From Eubacteriales bacterium (lineage in GTDB: Bacteria > Bacillota > Clostridia > Oscillospirales > UBA644): DNA of 64,000 bases. Within the stretch, counting starts at the first letter, position 1. Every line of letters starts with the position of its first letter. Shown here one piece after another: positions 36,705-45,485 of this stretch. The translations under genes were made by a program, and so were the position numbers. The stretch is taken from positions 23,227 to 87,226 of the forward strand of contig JAZSMD010000067.1 of the NCBI GenBank assembly GCA_045535665.1, in the 5' to 3' direction. A model generated the notes under the pieces. It made no database searches, was not told the DNA's origin, and saw only the letters and a program-made list of their open reading frames with translations.

Positions 36705-38753
36705 ATGAAAAACTTCACCTCAAAAGTTAATGTATTCCAGGGTTACGGAGAAATTAACCTTCCCGAACCCAAAGGAATAGCAGCAACTTGGTATTTTATA
36801 AAAGCAATTTCAGGAAACACTCATCCGGGAGCACAGCTTCCCTTCGGAAAATACTCCTGCTGCCTCCACACAAAGGGTTACCCCACAGGTTACGGAATCA
36901 ACAGAGTAACAAGCGAGCCTCCAATGCAGTACCTCCATGATAAACTCAAATTCTTCGGAATGGCTCATTTCCATCCAAGCGGCACGGGTACGATCGGAGC
37001 ATATTACAATTACGCACTCACCTCTCCAGCTTACGGTGAAAAACCCTTCTTCGGTGAAAGACCCGTTCTTTGGGACAAAGCCGAACCTGGATATTATTCA
37101 GTTAAGACAGAAAGAATCTTCTGCGAAACTACCGTTTCAAAAAAGGCGGTTCTTCACAGATACACCTTTGACAATCCCAATTCCAACATTTCAATTGATT
37201 TCGGTCACGACGGTCTTTATCAACCTGACCCGAAAGAAGTTACAAAGGGAAAAGTTGAAGCTGTAAATAGAAACGAGATCCGTGCGGAAATGATAATCAG
37301 AGGCATTAAATGGTATTTTGTTGTAAAATGCAATGACGCCGATTCCTCATGCACATATGATAAGGACGGAAACTGTGCAAATGTCATGGAAAAAGCAGAT
37401 TTTTCCCACGATCCGCTAATCGGAACATTTACATTTGAAACCGAAGGTGTGAAAATACTCAAGCTCGCAACTTCAAATAAAAGCATGGAACACGCAATAT
37501 CCCTTTCCGAAAACGAAAACACGTCGTTTGACGAGATGAAGCAAGAGGCTTCCGATGCCTGGAATGAAGTTTTGTCTAAAATTGAAATAAAAACAGACGA
37601 TAAAAAACAAGAGGAAATTTTCTATTCAAACCTCTACCATAGCCTTGTAAAACCTGCGGAATTCACAGGAGAATGTTTTATTGAGGGGTACGACGAAGAG
37701 GGCAAAGACCCCGTACCCAATATTCTGGACTATGCAACAATGTGGGATATTTATAAAACCCAGCTCCCCTTGGTTCTTACACTTTACCCCGAAATGGGCA
37801 AAAAAATAATGGAAAACTTCCGCAGATTCTATGAAGTTACAGGAGAATTCCCCCATTGTTACTTATTGACAGATAACCTTTCCACTTGCAAAGATCAGGC
37901 TTGTCTTCTGGCAGAGCACGTTATCGGGGACGCATACTACAGAGGTATTGATGTGGACTTCAAAAAACTCTTTGAATATGCGGAAACTGACAGCAAGAAA
38001 TATGAAGACGAAGTAAGAAACTGTCACATCGGAATTCCCAGAGCAGCAGCAATAGTTGACATTACAGGCGCGTACAGAATTCTTTCCAACATGGCAAAGG
38101 ATTTCGGCCTTGACGAAAAACACAAACAGTTTCTTGAACTTGCTAATCTGTATAAAGGTGTTTACGAAAACGGTCTTATTAAATCAAATGCAAGCTATTA
38201 TGAAGGGTCTCACTTCAACTACTCTTTCCGTCCTACACCTGAATGTAAAGAAAGAATTGCACAATATGGGAAGGAATTCTATAAAGATGTTTTGCAAAGA
38301 TTTTTTGGTTACACCAATCCCGACGATGTAACAAACAGATTTGAAGGTTATAACAACGAGTCCGACATGGAAGCACCTGCTTTCTGTCACTATGTTGACA
38401 GAAATATGTATTGCGAGGTTATAAACGCAGGCGTTGAGTACATGTTTACATCAGGAAGCGGTGGTATTCCGGGAAACAACGACAGCGGATCGCTTTCGTC
38501 CTGCTATCTCTGGAATGTTATCGGACTTTTCCCCATAAGCGGATTCAATACACTTATTTGCGGAACACCTAAGTTTGAAGAAGTAACAATGCACCTGCCC
38601 AAAGCTGACCTTGTAATCAAACGAAGCGGAAAAGGCATCTACACAAAAAAGGTAACGTTCAACGGAAAGGTTCTCGAAGATTTTGAATTGAAAGTTACAG
38701 ACATGATGAATGGCGGAGAACTTGTTTTTGAAATGAACGAAGAACGAATATAA
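36705..38753 (+). CDS. GH92-like glycoside hydrolase (putative alpha-mannosidase), paralogue 1
   Basis: 682 aa with no signal peptide. The N-terminal VNVFQGYG...GNTHPGAQLPFGK resembles the GH92 N-domain (GxTxPGAxxPFGM). The C-terminal IPGNNDSGSLSSCYLWNVIGLFPISG resembles the GH92 motif GNxDxGxMSAWYVFSAxGFYP. Confidence 0.6.
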   Translation: MKNFTSKVNVFQGYGEINLPEPKGIAATWYFIKAISGNTHPGAQLPFGKYSCCLHTKGYPTGYGINRVTSEPPMQYLHDKLKFFGMAHFHPSGTGTIGAYYNYALTSPAYGEKPFFGERPVLWDKAEPGYYSVKTERIFCETTVSKKAVLHRYTFDNPNSNISIDFGHDGLYQPDPKEVTKGKVEAVNRNEIRAEMIIRGIKWYFVVKCNDADSSCTYDKDGNCANVMEKADFSHDPLIGTFTFETEGVKILKLATSNKSMEHAISLSENENTSFDEMKQEASDAWNEVLSKIEIKTDDKKQEEIFYSNLYHSLVKPAEFTGECFIEGYDEEGKDPVPNILDYATMWDIYKTQLPLVLTLYPEMGKKIMENFRRFYEVTGEFPHCYLLTDNLSTCKDQACLLAEHVIGDAYYRGIDVDFKKLFEYAETDSKKYEDEVRNCHIGIPRAAAIVDITGAYRILSNMAKDFGLDEKHKQFLELANLYKGVYENGLIKSNASYYEGSHFNYSFRPTPECKERIAQYGKEFYKDVLQRFFGYTNPDDVTNRFEGYNNESDMEAPAFCHYVDRNMYCEVINAGVEYMFTSGSGGIPGNNDSGSLSSCYLWNVIGLFPISGFNTLICGTPKFEEVTMHLPKADLVIKRSGKGIYTKKVTFNGKVLEDFELKVTDMMNGGELVFEMNEERI

Positions 38754-38774
38754 GAGAGGGGACTAAACATATAA

Positions 38775-40820
38775 ATGAAAGATTTTACTTCAAAAGTCAA
38801 CGTATTCCAGGGTTACGGAGAAATCAACCTTCCCGAACCCAAAGGAATAGCTGCAACCTGGTATTTTATTAAAGCAATTTCAGGAAACACTCATCCGGGA
38901 GCACAGCTTCCCTTCGGTAAATATACCTGTTGTATGCACACAAAAGGATACCCCACAGGCTACGGCATAAATAAAGTAAACTGCGGAGGACCAATTAACT
39001 ACCTCCACGATAAACTCAAATTTTTCGGCATGGCACACTTTCAGCAAAGCGGCACGGGAGCAATCGGTGTTTACTATAACTACGCCCTTACTTCCCCCGC
39101 CTACGGTAAAACTCCGTCTTACGAAGAACGCCCCGTTTTGGACGAAAAAGCAGAACCGGGATATTATTCCGTTAAAACGGAAGATATTCTTTGCGAAACG
39201 ACTGTTTCGGAAAAAGCTGTTCTTCACAGATATACTTTCGATAAACCCGACTCAAATATTTCAATAGACTTTGCCCATGACGGACTTTATCAGCCTGATC
39301 CCGAAGCTGTTTCCAAGGGAAAAGTTTCTGTAATCAGCAAAAATGAGATCCGTGCAGAAATGATTCTTCACGGAATAAAATGGTATTTCGTTGTAAAATG
39401 CCAAAATGCGGATTCTGCCTGCGTTTACGACAAGGACGGAAACTCTGCCGAAGCTTTGGAAAAAGCAGAATTTTCCCATGACCCTCTTATGGGAACATTT
39501 ACTTTCACAGCTGCTGGTGTAAAGGTTCTTAAGCTTACATCTTCAAACAAAAGCATGGCTCATGCTGTAGAGCTTTCCGAAAATGAAAACACATCTTTTG
39601 ACGAAATGAAGAAAAATGCTTCTGCCGCATGGAATGAAGCTTTGTCGAAAATTGAGATAAAAACAGAGGACCCAAGAGAAATGGAGATATTCTACTCCAA
39701 CTTCTACCACACACTTGTAAAACCCTCCGACTTTACAGGAGAATCTTTCCTTGAAGGCTATGAGGAAGACGAAAACAATCCAACCCCTCATTTCATTGAC
39801 CTTTCTACGATGTGGGATATTTACAAGACCCAGTTTCCTTTCGTTTTTACGCTCTATCCCGAAGTCACAAAGAAAATTCTTGAAACTTTCCGCAGATACT
39901 GCGAAATTAACAAGGTATACCCACATTGCTACACACTTTGCAACAATCTTAACCACGAATCCAATCAGGCTTGTATGCTTGCTGAACATTCAATCGCCGA
40001 TGCTTATTACAGAGGAATCGACGCTGACTATAAAAAGCTCCTTGAGCTTTCGGAATTGGACGGTTCAAGATTTGAAAATGAAGTAAGACATCCCGAAACC
40101 TGCCGCAGAATAGCACATCTCATAGATGCAACATGTGCATTCAGAACAATGGCAAATTTTGCCGCTGATTTCGGAATGAAAGACAAGGAAGAAAAGTTCT
40201 CCGAGCTTGCAAATATGTATAAAGGCGCATATGAAGACGGACTTCTCAAAGCAAATTCAGATTATTATGAGGGAAACAGATTTAACTATTCATTCCGTCC
40301 CACACCTGAATGTAAGGACAGAATTGCAGAAATGGGCAAAGACTTCTACCGCGAGGAATTGGAAAAATTCTTCGGATATAAGAACCCCGACGATGTATCT
40401 TCAAGATTTGAGGGTTATAATAACGAATCAGATATGGAAGCTCCTGCATTCTGCCACTATGTTGACAGAAATATGTATTATGAAATAATCAACGCGGGAA
40501 TCGAATATATGTTCACCACTGGCAGCGGCGGTATCCCCGGAAACAACGACAGCGGCGGACTTTCCTCCTGTTATATCTGGAACGTTCTCGGACTGTTCCC
40601 CATAAGCGGCTTCAACACCATGATATGCGGTTCCCCCCGATACGAAGAAGCTGTTATGCACTTGCCAAAAGCAGACCTCACAATAAAACGTACGGGTAAT
40701 GGAATATACACTAAAAAAGTAACCTTCAACGGCAAAGTCCTTGAAGATTTTGAGTTGACTGTTACTGATATGATGAACGGTGGCGAACTTATTTTTGAAA
40801 TGAGCGAAGACAGAGTATAA
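38775..40820 (+). CDS. GH92-like glycoside hydrolase (putative alpha-mannosidase), paralogue 2
   Basis: 681 aa, colinear with the upstream gene. The first 50 residues differ at one position. It carries the same GH92-like motifs (IPGNNDSGGLSSCYIWNVLGLFPISG). Confidence 0.6.
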   Translation: MKDFTSKVNVFQGYGEINLPEPKGIAATWYFIKAISGNTHPGAQLPFGKYTCCMHTKGYPTGYGINKVNCGGPINYLHDKLKFFGMAHFQQSGTGAIGVYYNYALTSPAYGKTPSYEERPVLDEKAEPGYYSVKTEDILCETTVSEKAVLHRYTFDKPDSNISIDFAHDGLYQPDPEAVSKGKVSVISKNEIRAEMILHGIKWYFVVKCQNADSACVYDKDGNSAEALEKAEFSHDPLMGTFTFTAAGVKVLKLTSSNKSMAHAVELSENENTSFDEMKKNASAAWNEALSKIEIKTEDPREMEIFYSNFYHTLVKPSDFTGESFLEGYEEDENNPTPHFIDLSTMWDIYKTQFPFVFTLYPEVTKKILETFRRYCEINKVYPHCYTLCNNLNHESNQACMLAEHSIADAYYRGIDADYKKLLELSELDGSRFENEVRHPETCRRIAHLIDATCAFRTMANFAADFGMKDKEEKFSELANMYKGAYEDGLLKANSDYYEGNRFNYSFRPTPECKDRIAEMGKDFYREELEKFFGYKNPDDVSSRFEGYNNESDMEAPAFCHYVDRNMYYEIINAGIEYMFTTGSGGIPGNNDSGGLSSCYIWNVLGLFPISGFNTMICGSPRYEEAVMHLPKADLTIKRTGNGIYTKKVTFNGKVLEDFELTVTDMMNGGELIFEMSEDRV

Positions 40821-40849
40821 AATATTCAACAAAAATAAACTAAACACAG

Positions 40850-40886
40850 CGAAACACTGTCCGAAGGGCAGTGTTTCGATTTTTTA
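40850..40886 (+). terminator. intrinsic terminator ending the arsR-to-GH92 gene string
   Basis: The stem CGAAACACTG / CAGTGTTTCG is followed by ATTTTTT. Confidence 0.75.
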
Positions 40887-40918
40887 TAATCATTATAACA
40901 GTCAGAATTGTACTGAAG

Positions 40919-42217
40919 TCATTTTATTAACGTACAAAGATCATACCTTTTAAGTGCAAGCTTTGCGGTAATTACGGAAAGCAGAATAATAAAAACAGAT
41001 GTAGCCGCAAAAATTCCGATAAAAGTGAAGAAATAATAAGGCATTGCCAAACGGGCTAAAAGAAGCTTAACTGAAGCCAGACCCAAAACCATTGAGCAGA
41101 CGAGGACTATTACCGTTTCAGAAATAACAAAAGCAATTATATCGTTCAGTGATGCTCCAATGGATAAATGAATTGAATAGTCTTTTAGATTGTTTTTAAT
41201 ACGGCTGATTACCGCTGAAAGTATCGTAAATATAGAAAAAAACATTAAAACAACGGTGATACCAAATGCGAACTGCGTTATTGCTTCCGTACGGGCGCTG
41301 GTTTTTTGTAAACTTTGTTTTTTGTCTAAGATCATATAAAATTTAGACATTGTACCGAGACCGTTTATTGCTTCCTGCAACTCAGCCTTTCCCTCTGCTT
41401 CAAATTCTTTATCGATATAGACTTTAATACCGGAAGTATAAGTCTTAGAATAATTCATAGCAAGATAACGGATAATATTCTCATCAACATTATCTTTTTC
41501 CGATAGCGGAATAAAAAATCTCGGATAAACTATATAATTATCAAGGTCATAAATTACACCTGCACGGTCGGATACTGTTGTATCTTCCTCTAAAATCCCT
41601 ATAACTTCAAGCCCCGGGAAATAATAACTGTCTTGATAATTCCCATCACAGGGCCACTGCAGTATGTCACCAACCTCATAAATTCCTTTATATTTATACC
41701 CCAAAAGAATAGCACGCGGCTTCCCTTCAACAAAAACTGTATCTTCATCAGTAAAATATCTGCCTTCGATTACTCTTAAGGTTTCGGTTTGGTGAAAGCT
41801 CGGCGACACATACAACGCATATACAGAATCGGGTTCGTTCTCCCGTTCATAATAAACAAATGTTTCGGGATCTCCTTTAAAATCTTCGATTTGTATACCA
41901 CTGAATTGTAATACAACATATTTAAGATGCTCGGCATTATCCAGATCTTCAAAAAACTCAGCAGATTCAATCTTAGAATCTTCGGGACATTGAGCCCATG
42001 CTCGACTCGGACCTCCTATACAACCCAAAACATAGATTTGATAATCTTTCATTGATTCATACTCTGCTCTTTCTTTTCGCATTTCACTTACGGTATAGTA
42101 GGAATATGTATATCCTTGAAGCGTAAATAAAAACGCAAAAAGAATTACCGACAAAACAGTTAAAAACTTATTTTTGTTTATATTTTTGAGTCCTTCCAAT
42201 AAATTTAATTTAAACAT
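40919..42217 (-). CDS. FtsX/MacB-type ABC transporter permease (no adjacent ATPase)
   Basis: 432 aa. It has an N-terminal TM helix (FLTVLSVILFAFLF), a ~260-aa extracytoplasmic domain, and three C-terminal TM helices with an FtsX-like pattern. Confidence 0.7.
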   Translation of the reverse strand: MFKLNLLEGLKNINKNKFLTVLSVILFAFLFTLQGYTYSYYTVSEMRKERAEYESMKDYQIYVLGCIGGPSRAWAQCPEDSKIESAEFFEDLDNAEHLKYVVLQFSGIQIEDFKGDPETFVYYERENEPDSVYALYVSPSFHQTETLRVIEGRYFTDEDTVFVEGKPRAILLGYKYKGIYEVGDILQWPCDGNYQDSYYFPGLEVIGILEEDTTVSDRAGVIYDLDNYIVYPRFFIPLSEKDNVDENIIRYLAMNYSKTYTSGIKVYIDKEFEAEGKAELQEAINGLGTMSKFYMILDKKQSLQKTSARTEAITQFAFGITVVLMFFSIFTILSAVISRIKNNLKDYSIHLSIGASLNDIIAFVISETVIVLVCSMVLGLASVKLLLARLAMPYYFFTFIGIFAATSVFIILLSVITAKLALKRYDLCTLIK

Positions 42218-42310
42218 GCTTTATTCCCCTTCTTTTTATTTTCCTACACATATATACAACGCAAAAGGTAGAAAACACTCACCAAAATTCATAAGTTTAC
42301 AAAAAGTTCA

Positions 42311-42348
42311 AAAGTCATAACCGTCGCTTTCTGACAGTTATGACTTTT
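42311..42348 (-). terminator. terminator downstream of the NanA-like gene
   Basis: The stem AAGTCATAAC / GTTATGACTT is followed on the minus strand by TTGAACTTTTT. Confidence 0.5.
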
Positions 42349-42452
42349 TATTATTTAATAGATTTTATCCTCGCCCATTCGGGTTATACAAAGAAATATC
42401 TATATCCCCAATAGATTGAACCCTGAAATTATTGACAGTACACCTTTTTACA

Positions 42453-43325
42453 TTAAAGGTACTTATCTATAGCTTCATCCAGAATATGTTTATTTTCATC
42501 AGAAAGAACTGCCAATGGCTCACGGCAATTTCCGCAGTCTATCTTATATTTACGCTTAAGAATATACTTTATGCTCTGAATTACCCCCGCTTTCAAAACA
42601 GCCTCAATTACAGAATTCGCCTTTCGCTGTTCTTCAAGAGCCAAAGCAGTTTCATGTTTATCATAATAATCCAGAATATTCTTAAATCTTCTGCCCATGA
42701 AATTATAATTGCTTCCTATAGCACCGTCAGAGCCTGCGGCATAAGCTGAAAGGCACATTTCATCAGGACCGCTGAAAACGGTAAAATGGGGCATTTTTGT
42801 TTTTATTCGCTCTAAAATATACATATCGGAAGAAGTATGCTTCATACCAACAACATTATCAATTTCAGCAAGCTCTTTGATATTTTCCACAGTAAGAGAT
42901 GTTCCTGTAAGATTCGGCATATTATAAATTATAACGGGCATTCCAACAGCGGCAAGTTCCTTATAGTAAGCTTTTATTTCCTCAAACGAATATTTGAAAA
43001 AGAAGGGTGTAACAGATGATATGGCAGAAGCTCCGCATTCAGCCGCATATTCAGCAAGCCCCTGGGCTTCTATCATATTGGATGAGCCCACATGAACAAT
43101 GGTTTTGAGCCTTCTGCCTGCAAAACCGCAAACATGCTTGATTACTTCTTTGCGTTCCTCAAAAGTAAGTAACGGAAATTCACCCGTACTGCCCGTTATG
43201 TAGACCCCGTCAAGGTCTTCGGAAACAAACTTTTCAATAAGCTCTTCCATTGAATCATAGTTTATTGCTCCTTTACCGTCAAAGGGTGTTACCATTGCGG
43301 GGAAAATACCTCTATACTGTTCCAT
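42453..43325 (-). CDS. nanA: N-acetylneuraminate lyase-like (DapA/NanA family class I aldolase)
   Basis: GIFPAMVTPF, GSTGEF (NanA-type rather than DapA-type GTTGE) and the Schiff-base lysine context VVGMKHTSSDMY (my recollection of E. coli NanA is LKQTSGDLY) are present. The start is set at MEQYRG (43325), which has a GAAAGG RBS. The alternative ATG at 43355 has no RBS. Confidence 0.65.
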   Translation of the reverse strand: MEQYRGIFPAMVTPFDGKGAINYDSMEELIEKFVSEDLDGVYITGSTGEFPLLTFEERKEVIKHVCGFAGRRLKTIVHVGSSNMIEAQGLAEYAAECGASAISSVTPFFFKYSFEEIKAYYKELAAVGMPVIIYNMPNLTGTSLTVENIKELAEIDNVVGMKHTSSDMYILERIKTKMPHFTVFSGPDEMCLSAYAAGSDGAIGSNYNFMGRRFKNILDYYDKHETALALEEQRKANSVIEAVLKAGVIQSIKYILKRKYKIDCGNCREPLAVLSDENKHILDEAIDKYL

Positions 43326-43402
43326 TGTTGTCAACCTTTCTTTAATGAAAACCATGTTGCTTTATTGTTGCAAATAAATCATTGAAATTTTACTATATAT
43401 CT

Positions 43403-43431
43403 ATTATACCATAAAATTCATAATTTTGCAA
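43403..43431 (-). promoter_or_regulatory. sigma-A promoter of the NanA-like gene
   Basis: The minus strand reads TTGCAA, a 17-nt spacer ending TGG, then TATAAT. Confidence 0.6.
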
Positions 43432-43560
43432 TAGGATATTGAAAAATATTTTTCATAAAAAGCAACGGAATTTGTCTTCATTATTTGTATATAATGACAA
43501 AAAGGTATCCTAATCGGAAAATTACAGCTTACATAGCGGTATTTTAATTTATATAAACAA

Positions 43561-43593
43561 TTTCACCATATTTAATTTACAAATATGGTGAAA
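43561..43593 (-). terminator. terminator after the GH127-like gene
   Basis: The stem TTCACCATATTT / AAATATGGTGAA lies immediately 3' of the stop and is followed by TTGTTTAT. Confidence 0.55.
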
Positions 43594-43600
43594 GATTTAT

Positions 43601-45472
43601 TTATTGAATTTTAAGCCACGCGGCATAGGTAGATTCTTTGCTGAAAGTCTTTCCTGCGGAAGAGTAGTCTATAAGCTTCATCTCACCGCCGTCTGTGGTG
43701 GGAACAGCTACCGTAAGTTCCGCATCGGGAATAAGGTCATTGGAAACACAAACACCGTCAACCGTTCCGTCACCGTTGAATTTCACAGAAACAAATGCAT
43801 CGGGGTCAATACCCAGACGTCTGTCAGCCGCAAGAATCAACGCACCTTTGCGTAAAGCAACATAAGACTCCTTATAGGGAGAATCTTCGGGAGGATTTAT
43901 GCGGAAAACACGGGAATCGAATTCTATTTCTATTAAATCCCCTGTTTTCCATACTTTTTCGATAGATGTATAACCGTTTTCTACAGAAATATCTTCAAAG
44001 TTAAGGCTAATTTTAGTAATTTTGCTCCATTGAGGAATTCTGAGAGCAAGAACGAACTGTTCTTCCTCGCAGTTTAATGCAATTTTTACAGAATTACCGT
44101 AAGGATACTCTGTTTTCATATTAAATTTTACGTTTTTACCTGAAGGTGTCTCTGCGGAAACAACTCCGTCGTGATAAAAATTCAGAATTATTCCGTCCTC
44201 AGAACGCAACACCGTATGGAATGCAAGAGTTCCGAATGCCATGGGGCTTATACAAGCACAACAACCGTAAAAGCTTCCGTCACTCATAACCTTCATACCG
44301 CCCGTCAGAACTCCTTTCTCAAAAGCTCTGAGAGCGCTGTAGCTGTCAAAAGGAAGAAATCCGCTGTAATTTTTTCCTTCAGATGAAACCTTGACATCTA
44401 TTTTATACGTATTTACAGCACCGAGAAAAGCATTGTAAAAAGTATTTTCAATACAGTCTGCGTATACGGGGTCACCTGTAAGGCGTAAAACCTGACCGCA
44501 AAACTTCATCCAGGTAACACTCACGCAAGTCTCCTGCATGATATCATTAAATACAGGGTCTACCTGACTGAGACGGGTATTATCGAAAATCTCATGAGTA
44601 CATCCGCTGCAACCGATTATGGAGATCTCATTATTTCTTACCTTCTCGGCAAAATTCACAACAGCGGTTTTATATTTTTCGATTCCCGTCAAACGGTAGT
44701 ATTCCGCAAGTCCTTCAAAGCAGGACATTGTCTCATAGGCTTTCTGTTCAGGGTATTCATGGGGTAAAAGCTCGTTTTCAAGAGCAAGTTTAAATATTGT
44801 AAGTTTATTTTCGGAGCCGTGGCAAACATCTACGATATAGTCGGCAAAATCCATATATTCTTTTTTGCCTGTAAATTTGTAAAGTCTAACCACCGGTTCA
44901 AGTATTGAACAGGAATTCGCACAAAGCCAAAAAGTGGAAGTTTCGGTAATTTTCAATTTATCTTTACCTATTTTAGCAATAATATAATCCAGATGGCGGC
45001 ACATAGAGGAAATAATATCCGCTTTCAAAAGCTCATCGTCGCATATCTCGTAAAAATACTGCAAACCGAGCATTACGTATTTTCTGCCCCAAATATCCCA
45101 GCCGTGGAATTCAGCTTCGAGACTGTATGAAGAGATACGTCCGTTTTCGTCCTGAGCAGTTAATAAATCACGCACGGAGTCTTCAAGTATCTTATATAAT
45201 TCTTCATCCTGAGTATAAGCACAGACAGACGCCGCACCTCTCATCATTTTACCCCAATATTCGCATCTCCAGCCGTTATCACGGTCATCGGAATTAAACT
45301 TGAACTGATGGGCAAATTTCTTCCAGAGAGAAACGTCTTTTATCTGATTTTCCTCGGTAAACTTAAGCATTTTGGCAAAAACTCCACCAAATTTGCTTTC
45401 AGACACCAAATTATACAAAAATTTATCTTTATCAAATGAAGAAATAACAAATTCATTTTTATATTTCTGCAT
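43601..45472 (-). CDS. GH127/DUF1680-family glycoside hydrolase (beta-L-arabinofuranosidase-like)
   Basis: 623 aa with no signal peptide. MQETCVSV (the E-x-C motif) and FYGCCACISP (paired Cys) match the Glu/Cys3 zinc site that I recall being described for GH127 HypBA1. Confidence 0.6.
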   Translation of the reverse strand: MQKYKNEFVISSFDKDKFLYNLVSESKFGGVFAKMLKFTEENQIKDVSLWKKFAHQFKFNSDDRDNGWRCEYWGKMMRGAASVCAYTQDEELYKILEDSVRDLLTAQDENGRISSYSLEAEFHGWDIWGRKYVMLGLQYFYEICDDELLKADIISSMCRHLDYIIAKIGKDKLKITETSTFWLCANSCSILEPVVRLYKFTGKKEYMDFADYIVDVCHGSENKLTIFKLALENELLPHEYPEQKAYETMSCFEGLAEYYRLTGIEKYKTAVVNFAEKVRNNEISIIGCSGCTHEIFDNTRLSQVDPVFNDIMQETCVSVTWMKFCGQVLRLTGDPVYADCIENTFYNAFLGAVNTYKIDVKVSSEGKNYSGFLPFDSYSALRAFEKGVLTGGMKVMSDGSFYGCCACISPMAFGTLAFHTVLRSEDGIILNFYHDGVVSAETPSGKNVKFNMKTEYPYGNSVKIALNCEEEQFVLALRIPQWSKITKISLNFEDISVENGYTSIEKVWKTGDLIEIEFDSRVFRINPPEDSPYKESYVALRKGALILAADRRLGIDPDAFVSVKFNGDGTVDGVCVSNDLIPDAELTVAVPTTDGGEMKLIDYSSAGKTFSKESTYAAWLKIQ

Positions 45473-45485
45473 TGTTTCACCTCAT

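Noticed and set aside
42236-42292. 18-codon minus-strand ORF (MNFGECFLPFALYICVGK) just upstream of the orphan FtsX permease, considered as a leader or bacteriocin-like peptide
   Set aside because: There is no Shine-Dalgarno sequence before its ATG and no leader-peptide motif (such as a double-Gly). It is short enough to arise by chance in AT-rich DNA. It would only be worth revisiting if ribosome profiling showed translation.
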